A stretch of 64,000 bases of DNA from Fimbriosthenelais zetlandica (Eukaryota). Shown piece after piece: positions 7,660 to 18,300 of the stretch; the first letter of the stretch is position 1, and every line of letters starts with the position of its first letter. The stretch covers positions 31,372,001-31,436,000 of the forward strand of contig OZ365115.1 of NCBI GenBank assembly GCA_977030845.1, in the 5' to 3' direction. The position numbers were made by a program, and so were the translations under genes. Under the pieces are notes generated by a model. That model did no database searches and was not told where the DNA came from. It saw only the letters and a program-made list of their open reading frames with translations.

Positions 7660-8741
7660 CGCAAATCTCGGGTCGCCAAAGTCGCGCTGGATTGCTCCTT
7701 CCATAGAGACCAATGCTATAGACCTCAAATTCCCTCCATTTTCAAAAATCGAAATTTTAAATTAATTTCAGTTGCACACGAAACCGATAGATACCTGGAG
7801 GTGCTTCCAACTAAGAATAATCCGTTTGAATTGTAATTTTAGACCCATTATTTACTAAGTTATTCAACTTTTTCGACATTTAGTGAGAGGGCGCTGTTAA
7901 GGTTTTTAAAAGGCCAAATTATAGGCCGGTATACGCAAGGCCGATTTGTCAACTTCGCAGAAATCAGTGTTAACTTCGCTTTACGTCTCTGTTCTTTTGG
8001 TATTTATCAGTAGAGGTCATAAGACATATATATCCGTAGTTTCGAGTGAAAATAACGCATATTAAGTAGAGAAAGAGCCGATTTGAGTGGACTGACAAAC
8101 CGGCTCTGTGGCACACATTCCTGTAATCGTGAGTGACTTTTAACATTGCGCCTATGGGCGGGACACTTTTGATGAATCGAAGGGATTTAGACAGGTTAGA
8201 AGCATAGAATCGGGCTGAATTTTTGGGAGCGGGTTCGGGTGGTTGCTGGGCGTAGACATGTGGGTTGGGGTGGAGATTGGGGGCCGGGGAGGGGTCCGGG
8301 GGGCTAAATAATTTTTAACATTGGAGCCTATGGGCAGTACGTACAGAGTGGGCTATTCTAAGGGATTTTGACATGTTAGCCGTTTCAAATCGGGCTGGTG
8401 TTTTCGGAGAGAATTGATGGTAGTCCTGGGGGTAGACATGGGGATTGGAGTGGAGGTTGGGGGCCGGGGAGGGGTCCTGGGGCAAAATAATTTTAAACAT
8501 TGTGATTTAGCCTTTGCACACGAAGGTGTGCCTTGTCCTGGGCGGTTCAGGCTAAATTTGAAAGGATGTTGTGTTCGTACCAGAGAGCCAGCTAGTCTAG
8601 AGGTAAGACACTGGCTTGGAACGTCAGAGACCGGGGTTCGTTTCCCCGTCTTGCTGGTGGGCGCTAATTTTTTTTTATCCAACTTTTATCGGAGTGAAAA
8701 TACGATGCATTTAGACGGATAGGTAGTATGGATTGGTGCTG
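7641..8741 (-). repeat. Arm A4 (inverted copy)
   Basis: Starts tagttcacc (7641); 8100-8500 is an almost exact reverse complement of A1 3876-4270; homology ends at gattggtgctg (8741). Confidence 0.9.
8586..8655 (+). ncRNA. tRNA-like cassette 5 (loop TTGGAAC), best-folding copy
   Basis: AGCCAGC TA GTCT AGAGGTA AGAC A CTGGC TTGGAAC GTCAG AGAC CGGGG TTCGTTT CCCCG TCTTGCT; D, anticodon and T stems pair fully, acceptor stem 5/7; T9 at 8668-8676. Confidence 0.65.
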
Positions 8742-8935
8742 AAGAGTGCTGTTTTGATAAATATCCACCCGTGAGTGTGATTCTCTGCATACATGTCTAC
8801 TTTATAAACGCCGCCACACCTCCCACACTCACATTACCACGACAGGGAGAGAGGGGCCTTAGTAGCGAACGAACACATTCCATTACGTCAATTCTTCAAT
8901 AACTATAACATAAAAGAATGGATTTTTTTTCTTCA

Positions 8936-8941
8936 TTTATT
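8936..8941 (-). terminator. Candidate GLCE polyadenylation signal (implies a ~2.4 kb 3' UTR)
   Basis: AATAAA on the minus strand close to the outer end of arm A4; other sites are possible. Confidence 0.35.
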
Positions 8942-11325
8942 TATAGAAATAGTCATTTATACAGCACCACATCATATTAGATACCATGGCAACAGGAATC
9001 AACACATGAGTTAATCGACGATGTGGTCCACGCATTTTTCTTTTACATTACACTGAAAATCAACGACTCAGAGACAGGAGCTCATTAACCATAAACTCCC
9101 CAAATACTGCTTAACCCAGACTTGGCATTCTCTATAATAATCTCCTGATAGTATAATATATACACATGTGGGAGAGGTATACATATATACATGAATATAT
9201 TATATATACACCTATATGAAATAATTCATCAGTATGATTGGTTAAACATTAACCATAGAACTCAGATGGTTTTAGACTAATTTGGATGTAACCATCATAA
9301 CACCATGGTTATCATGAATAACCATAGTAATATTATTAACTGTGTAAGATTATTAACTGTGTAACTAGACATTTGTCTGGGTTACCCAACAATAACCTCC
9401 TTAGCAGACGATAATAAAGATGTATTGTATTGAACATTAATATAACATAATATATTTGGTTGGTTTTCATAGATTGGAGTTTCACAACTATTGGACGTTA
9501 GCTTGGCATACAAATCTGCCTAATTAAAGATGACATATTAACTGTTCTGACGAAAAGATTCATTCTATATTAATTAACAGTCCTTTGATGGGATTCAGAC
9601 CCCATCCTTAGTATTCTCTTTCAGGAATTCCTTGCATTTCCAGAGTTGAGGTATTTTTTAAAAATATTTTGTAGGGAATGATAAAGTCTTTACTTCGTAC
9701 AGTTTAAATCCCAGAGAAATAAATATAATATTTCATCATAACTGACAGTAAAATTAGTTGTGAAATTAGTATTATCAATGGTGACTATTTAGAAGCTCAA
9801 ATGTTTTTTTCATTCAGTGTAACATCTTAGGAATTATTGCTGAATCGAAAAAAAGAATTTCAAATTAAAATTCAAGGGCAGATAATCTGTCTATATGGAC
9901 GAATTTGAACTTGTTTAAAATATCAGCAGAAATAGCTATGGAATCACATAGATCTACAACTCATAGAGCCGTACACTGACATCATACCTTATACACTACA
10001 AATATTGCTTCTCATTCTTCATGCGAAATACAACTCAAAAATATAATAAATGTTAACAAGTGAACTGAAGTGCTTTGATGGAGAAAACAACTCTCAGATC
10101 TTCAATACTAAACCTCCTTTCGATAACTCCTTTTAAAATAATTAATTTAGGGCTAGCATTGAAATAATCAAATAATGAAACTAAGTACACTTGATCCTAA
10201 TAATTCAAAATCTAGATGAAATAATACTAAGAACCGTAGAAATGGTTTCCCATTGAGAAATATATATATATGTACATTTTCAAATAATAAATGAAGTCAA
10301 GTGAAGATAAAAATTACAAAATTATAAATACTTCGATTATTTAAAGCTAGAATCAATCAGGAAACTTCAATTGTATAATAACTCAAACATATCCCATATG
10401 ACAAGTGGCTGTTAAATCTGTAATAATGTTAATTTTATACTTAAGAACAGTTGCACGAAACTGATCAAATTTCTGACAAAAACTGACTTAGTATCTACAT
10501 GCAGCGATTCGTCTCGAAGGAGCAATGAGAAATGAAAAATAAATACAATCCATTTCACACACATGAAATCGCTCACATGATCAGAGCAAAACATCACAAT
10601 TTCCCATTTCCAATATAAATTAGATCTTCTAATCCATAACGAACATTCAATTTCATCATGAATCAAATCACACCAGCCACCTGCACACATAATTTATATA
10701 TTTTAATTTCTGTAACATTCGAGTGACGAAACTGTAGCCGATCTTATAAATTATAAACAAGTATGGATCTATTTAGTAAGCGGACTGTTGGATATCACTA
10801 TTTGTCAGCCACATCTTTTATATCCATGATAAACTGGTCACTGGTGAACAACATTACAATATCTGTTAGTACCTCATCATGAGTCATACAACTGTAGACA
10901 CACACCTCCTCCTCCCTTGAACAACAATACCCCTTCATAGATGATAATATAAATCAGTAGCAGTACCAAATATTGTATTTCTTCAGAATAACAGAAGCTA
11001 TTCCCAGCTTAAAGTATTTTTACAACAAACCCGAACAATCAATTTCTCATACAATGATCAAGAATATTACCGCTGCACATTTATATCTATATATTCCCAG
11101 CGCATCGTTCAAATCTTTTTGAAAATTAACACGCACTTTTAACAGGTCACTGAGAAAGAATTCAAATATAAATTAATAAATCAGAAAAGCAGTCATATAA
11201 ACCGTTGAACGTTGACGCAGATATACCATGCTAGAACACCTGCTAGAACAATATGTGGAAAAAATCTCTGGCTTTTTCTCTTTTTTTTTATACAAAAATT
11301 AGTTTCATTTAATACCTATCCAATG

Positions 11326-12359
11326 CTAGTTGTGTGGCGCTCTCTTGCCTTTCATATATCCTATCCACCTCTTGGCTGTTTCTTCAAACACAGGGTCCTC
11401 CTCTACCGTGCTGATTAGGAGTAACTGGTTGATGTGTGTGGCGTGGTAGTCCCACCGTGCCAGGTTAGGAGCCACCCCTAGCGTCACATGACGTAAATCA
11501 TAGATGGACCCAGAACCGGTATCAAAGAGAGGTAGAAGAGCTTTGAGTGACTGGATACCAGTTTGATAGAGCTTCTCCGCGTGCTCCCTCTCCTCCACGG
11601 GAGCTATTGTCTTTAAATCATACAAACCGATGAGTGAATATATGAATCCGTTTAAAACAAAACAACTGGGTGTCGTTGGGTACTCTTCGTACCACTGGTA
11701 TTTGTCCATGAACCGTGCCTGCACACCACCGCTAGTACTCAATACATCAAATAAATGCGTGGCTTTTAAAGCTGACGTTAAATATTTTTTGTTTCTAGTC
11801 CTTAAGTAAGCTCTGACTAAGAGAGACATGGCTTGTCCTTGGGCCATGGCCGAGTACCAGCCAGGGGGTAATTGAAGCACCCCGTTGGCCAGTTTACGAG
11901 TCACCTGTATGGGCCAGCCACCCTGGCTATCCTGGTTCAACACCAGCCAGTTGGCGGCGTAATAAAACTGTGGAAGATGGGCGCTAGAGCAGAGGGTGAT
12001 GTTATCCACCCAGCCCCGGCCACGAAAGTTCACACTGATTAACCGGTTCAATACAAGCTTCTTGGATTTCTTGGGCTTGTTAGATTTGAGCATGATGCCC
12101 TTGTGGAAGTCTATATTGATGTCCCGGGTGATGTGGGTCCATCGATGGCGGTCACCAATACCGTAATAAATGTCATAGCCGGACACCTCCAACAGAGTCT
12201 GGCTGCACACATAGTGAATGTAGTACAAGGGAGCTCCCTTCCCTTTGGGTTCTATCACAACTGTTATGGAACCGTTGGTAACAAACTTGAAGTCAAATGA
12301 GAGGAAAAAACTTTTGCTAGAGTCTATCCGCAATCCCACTCCAGGGTTAGATAAAGTGT
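11326..12359 (-). CDS. GLCE: GLCE last coding exon (beta-sandwich plus catalytic alpha/alpha barrel)
   Basis: Acceptor ctttttccttttcag|ac; ends KGKRAPHN*. The first ~62 residues of the 406-aa ORF-track entry are intron. Confidence 0.97.
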
Positions 12360-15300
12360 CTGAAAAGGAAAAAGAAAGAATTCTAAGTAATGAGGCAACA
12401 GAGCTATTTCTTTGAGAATCTTCCGCATTATTAATGGAAAATAGTTTCAAATTACACACAAATGATTGTTGAAAGAGAATATTAACCAAAACCAGAAGCA
12501 CCAACTTTATGTGAATATTTTCAAATAATAAGTAGTTTTTGTTCACAATTTTCTACAGACATTAGATGTTTTAATGATTGATATGTAGGTAACCCACCTC
12601 TAGTGTTGAACTCAATGACCCGCGTGCCCCGTATAGGGTCTATATCATTATCTAGTGACGTCTCATCGTCGGGGAGGATCCAGCGACTCGTCAAGTCATC
12701 CTCAGCGTCCTCTAGCACCTTCCTGGTAGGAGGCTTGGTGGCCAGGTACTTACTGTAGTGACTCAGCCCATACTGAGCTATCTGTATAGGGTAGAAGTAA
12801 CCCTGAGGTCCCCACTGAGTAGAGATGGGTACTCCTAGAAGACATGAGCAAAATCAGAGGGTTAATATGCAACTCAATGAGGGCTGAAGTGAGTACCTGA
12901 AGTTGTGTGCCTCGAGAAGTGCATCTTGGGCACGAGTGACACTCACATAAGGCAAATGCAAATGATGGCACACAAATCAAATTGGTTCGTTATTGGTATG
13001 ATCAAATTTCTGATCAGAAGTTTCCATTGTAAGCAATTTCAAGGCTTTGCAATTGTCAATTTCCAGCAATCCCTTGTCCCTTGCGACAATCACACATGGT
13101 GGAGAACCCATATAAATAACTGAGAACCCATACAAATAAATGCAACATTACTGAACGCTAGTGCAATCCGCATCAGCCTGTTCCATGCCAAAACTGCACA
13201 GATTTTGTAGAATAGTATGTGCTCATGCCATGGTAAAATAGACGTATTAGAAGGAGGATATTGATATTTAGATGGACGCTGGACTCACCTTCTATACCAC
13301 TGATACATTTCACTCGATCCCTCACTTCCACATTATAATGCTCAAATGACATGAAGATACCCTCTGGAGTGTAGCGCCCCTGGGGGTTGTACACCTGAGA
13401 GTAGCTATGTTTCCACTCAAACCGTTCATAGCCATCATACTCTGTAAACTTGCCATACACCTGCAATCAAAAACACTCCATTTTAACGAGATTCACATTA
13501 CATTTTTAATATTAAAACGACAGGTTGATAAATTTTGAACCTCTTCTTTGAAATGTTGTTGTAATCAGACTAATTACTATAAATGACGTTATATTAATAT
13601 TTTTCTCATTAATTTAGTTGTTATTTTGGAAATCGCAATGACACACATAATAACCTATCCATAAATGTTACATATTCTGAACCTGTAATAAACAACTCGG
13701 ACCAAATCTATTCCACAACGGAATAAATAATACAGCTGAAGAGATATTTTTGGCGCTCGGGAGCCACAGTATCGTTTCAGTGACAATGCAATCATGGTGG
13801 GCGAAAGCATTCATGGACAGACAGAGATTTGATTTGTACATGGCCAATGGTGGGGAAGCATTTCTAATTCATGCCCTATCTAGGATTACTACTATGTATA
13901 TATATGCACCTGGGGCAAATGGCTCATCTAATGCTTACATAGACCGCTTCTCATTTGTCACACAGACATACAGAGTAATGTGATATGGATGCTATATGGA
14001 TGCCTGCCAGCAAACCAACCTTACAACAGAAGGCGGAAGTGTCCGCACCTCATATTCTCACAATTGTTTTATGATGGACTTCCACTTAACGACCACTTAA
14101 TTCACTTATACGACCATATCATACCAAATGGTGGTCAGAACCATTTTCGTCTAGCGATTTCATTCTCTAGAGCTGCAAGCATTGAAATCCCAAACTGAAT
14201 TGGCCTATAATAGGTTCTACTACAAGTGCAGCAAGAAAATTTCAATGAAACATTGTAAGTATCATTGTATTTAACTAAATGTCAGTTCAATGGCGGATAA
14301 TAAATCAACTAAAATCAATTCCAGAAGCTAATTCGGTCAACGAGGGTTAAGTACCGAGCTGATAAGAACAGTTAAGCTAACTCCTATGTTCTAAAAGGTA
14401 CAGAGAGGCCTGTCGCCCCTGTCGGTTGAACTTTGGTCCAGACAATCCCAGCAGCACACCCCAGTCCTGAGATAAGACTTGTCTGTTAGAGATAAGCAGG
14501 CTCAAACCTCTCCCGTGCGACCACTGCTAACACTATGCCTGTCAATGTAGCGGGCAGGCCAGCATTAGACTGGGCGACAGCTGGCACTATTTTTTTACCG
14601 CCCCAAAACATCCAGTCAACTTCCCTTCCAGCTGCTCTGGCGTAATGATTTGAATCCACTGTGGATTGATTCTGAAAGGCAGTATTTTCCTACCGACAGG
14701 AAAGAGATTTGACATTTGATAAGAGCCTCAATTTTTCAGACATCCTTTCATACCCTCTTCTAATGGTGGTTGATTTCCCTGAAAGCATTGGTGGGCTCGT
14801 GGCATTCAGCATGCACAGAGGGAATCTCTAAACTGATCGGTAAAAAATCTTTCCTACAACGAATCAGCCCTTCAACCACAACTACAACATTTTTGCTACA
14901 ACTTTCAACATTTTTGCTATTTTGCAATTCAATGAAATATAAATAAAGGGAACCTTTCACTCTTGAAATCTTTCAGTTCTGTTACTACCTAAACTAGCAA
15001 CAACCGAAGGGAGAACGAACGTTCATATTCAAAACCATGAACCTTTGGATTTTATTTCATATCTGCCCTAAAAAGATTTCAAAATTGATTTACTACTCTT
15101 TGTGAGCGGGAACAGGGCTATAGCCATGGAGAACGGGATTTCATTCTCCATGGGTATGGAGAATGATGGCAATATCAGATATCAAATAAATCACCGTATA
15201 TATTGTAATATACTCACCTCAAAATACTTGTTAATGAAGGTGAATGGGACGTAGACCTCATTGCCCTCGCGTCTACAGGTGACGGTATATTCACCATTGA

Positions 15301-18300
15301 TGGCACAGTCGATCTCACGGTAGGAGACAGGATCCGCGTCATCGTTCACCTGGTTCAGATTCAGATGGGCGGACTTGGCCACCAATGGTACAGCGTTTGC
15401 CTCAGGCAACACGGATTTTTCTCTGAAAAGAAACAATTGATAAGATTCTGAACAAGAGAAAAGTAAACGCCATTGTGAATAAGACGAATATTTTACAGAT
15501 ATACTCATTTGTCTTTTAAGGTTTTTTGCTAGGTTTGTAAATATATAGAAGGCCATTGGCCAAAAACTCAGGACCACATTAGTTAATTCGTATACAAAAG
15601 TTACTTCCTGAATAATATTTCTTTTAAAATGTGACCAACTGATTTTTGTCTGAAAAAAAGAGCTCTGAACAAGAGAAAAGTATAAGCCTTTGTCAATAGA
15701 AAACGGCAGTGTTACTTTAGAGATACATATCTGGCCAAATGTAAGACTGCTCAGCAAATCCCTGGACTATTTTTTCATTGAATTTTATTCTTATCGCTCA
15801 GAGAAAATGCTTTTCACTCCGACAAGGCTTGGGACAGTCGGGTCACACCATATATTCCCTGAAGGTTTAATTCTGACAAATAATCTAATTCATTATTTAC
15901 AGTGGCTCAAGAAAAAGAGGGGGAGAAAAAAGTCCACAGTTGATTAAAGTTGGATAAGTGCCTTATGAAAAGCTCCACCAGGCCCAGATCATCTGGGAGG
16001 CATCATCATATTAATGGCCTTTTCTTTTATAAGAATCTTGCAAGTTTCATTGGAGTTTTAAGCACGTTGCCCTCAGGAGAAGACCTTCTCGCATGGGGGC
16101 AGTCCTTAATGGAAAATCTATTCTGGCCACCTTTGGCACTCAGGATTTTCAAGATCTGAATGTCATTGTGGAAGTTAAACTTAATTTAAATTCTACACAA
16201 ATGTTGAGTACTTAAAGTGTGAATTTTCTCAGCTCTCGCTCCCTCGCTTTGCTCCCCTTGTCCCCCTCTCTTTGCTCTCCATCTCTAGTCTTCTAGAGCT
16301 GCTTTCTTCCCTGTTGTTCCCTCTTCTCTCTCTACCTCTCTCAGCTCTCCCTATCTCTGCTCTGGTTCCTCTCTCCCCCACCTGGGTGGGCAGTGTGAAT
16401 CAACAGAGAATAATTAAAGTGAAAAGTATGAGATAGTTGTCTACATAAACCGGGAGATGAGCCAGAGGTTACAAGGGATGCGCACCACATTCACCAGGCC
16501 CTGCTTAATATGCATCTGAATTATTGACTTTACAAATGGGACAAGGAGGCAAATTGAATCATTAAAGTCATGACTGGGGATTCAATTCAGTGGGATTTCA
16601 TTTTCACAGAGCAGTGTTTGTCTCTGGTCAATATGAAGATCTGTCCAGACCCGTGCCGATTGCTAGAGGGGAATGGAACCAAGACAAATACAGCCCATTT
16701 AGCGATACGCCCCTGGCGCTCACCATCCCATCCCTCCAGGCATTTCAACCATTCTACAAGGGTTAAGACCTTTTCTGGGGAACCTCAGACAAAAAACCAG
16801 CATAAATTTCCATAAGTGTTGAAATTCTGTTTAATTCTTATTTAATTGTTTCGAGGAAATTCTAAGGGTTGCTATGTAACATACTAAGGGTTATTTGGGA
16901 AATAATATGGCTTCAAATTGAGGAGCAAGATAAGAAGCGAGACTGGCTCAGAAACGCTTTGGTGGAATTCACAAATTGAATTTGGCGGAAATATATGTAG
17001 AATAGATCAAATTAAGAGAGATCTTATTCATTGAGTTATTCCAGTGCTATTCCCTGAGGGCTTGTTCTAAGGGCAAGACTTGAGTCCAGGGCAAAGTCAG
17101 GCATAGGGGCAGTTCTAGTGTACCCTTTCCTTAAAATGGGTCAAATAGGGAAATGGAGGTGCAAATGGCCCTTCCTTTACAAGCGAAATCAGAGTTACTT
17201 CATATAATGCTGCAGTAATCAATATACGCAATAATTTCCTCCACTTTCCCAGCCTGACCATGCATGCCAACATATAGAATATTAAAGACTTTTTTAACAC
17301 TCCAGCATGGCTGGGAGTGGCGTAGACAGTTGCATGGTAAAGATGACAATAATTACTTTTGGAGACTCAGTATTACTTCGCATGGGTGATGGCCTCCACA
17401 GTCGTGATATACTGACATTCTTATATCAATTAATATTTAAATATGTGGGACGACTGCCACATCTCTCATTGTACAATATTCATGCTGCAGACAGACCATT
17501 CTATGGTTTTCCACCACAAATGCTTTATTAAATTCAAAGACATACATATCTTGATCTTTAATGTAATAAGCATGCTCCTTCAAATTTACCTGTCTGCAGT
17601 ACATGTATATCATAGCAATTATTTCAATAATATGCCCTAAACTGGATTAAAACATCCAAAAGAATGTTTCTGGATCACTAAACACAATATTTCCAACTGA
17701 TGTCCAAAGGAAAGCAGGAGCTTGAACCCATTATCTATAAATACATTTGATATAGCATTTCCAATTGCTTGCTAAACATACTTTCAATTATCTGCACCCA
17801 CATCCAATGTCAAAGACCACGAACACAACTGTTTTCTCTCCAGCTGAGTACGATCAGATTGTTATCTGCTGATTTTATCAGGAGAAGGTAATAGAGAAAG
17901 ACATGGCAATATGACCGCTAAATGGCGGGTATCATGTCAAAGTACAATACTCAGCCTAACCGCCCTTAAACCGCGCACTGCAATCACTCCACAGATCTCA
18001 CCAAGACTATCTGCATGAAAATCGTTCTCCAATAGTCAGAACAACCAATTTCACGATTTTATGTAGAATCTGTCATTTTTCTAGACGCAAAAAGATTTTT
18101 AATCCAATTTATTTCTCAAAGAATGACTAAAGAGTTAGACTTTTATAAAGTTACATTTTGGCATGACATATTCAGGCAAAAGTTGGTTTGCTTTTTCAAT
18201 TTTTCAAAAAACATTTATAGTCAGTTCCTTCCTTCTTTCCACGAGAATAAGAAGAGAAAAGAAGAGAAGACATACACTCGTACAATAGCTTTGTGAAAGC

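Larger units (their letters stand above)
2655..8741. mobile_element. Compound foldback (long inverted-repeat) non-autonomous element array: four related arms A1> <A2 A3> <A4 with three unrelated spacers
   Basis: A1 (2655..4717) is reverse-complementary to A2 (5077..~6145) and A4 (7641..8741), and a direct repeat of A3 (~6424..7249). No transposase ORF and no clear outer TSD, so the transposon origin is inferred and the superfamily is not assigned. Confidence 0.75.

Noticed and set aside
5979-8655. Functional tRNA genes (Ser/Gly/Ala/Cys)
   Set aside because: Acceptor stems have at least two mismatches, several anticodon stems are broken, and the same body carries different anticodons.
5667-8722. 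ORFs inside the arms as a transposase or peptides
   Set aside because: Short, low-complexity Gly/Pro translations of the G/C-rich sub-repeats with no DDE, tyrosine-recombinase or HUH motifs, and frames not conserved between arms.
2655-8741. Assembly or amplification foldback artefact
   Set aside because: Arms differ by many substitutions and indels, one carries a TSD-flanked MITE, and the loops are unrelated; artefactual palindromes would be near-identical. Long-read confirmation is still desirable.
12360-12546. N-terminal part of the 406-aa ORF as coding sequence
   Set aside because: Lies upstream of the acceptor at 12360-12361 and is AT-rich intron; GLCE homology starts at DTLSNPGV.
14335-14350. 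piggyBac-like end (AGGG-TTAA)
   Set aside because: No matching opposite TIR nearby.
15423-15757. N-terminal extension of the 188-aa ORF
   Set aside because: Intronic; only 15218..15422 resembles GLCE and fits the phase of exon 1.
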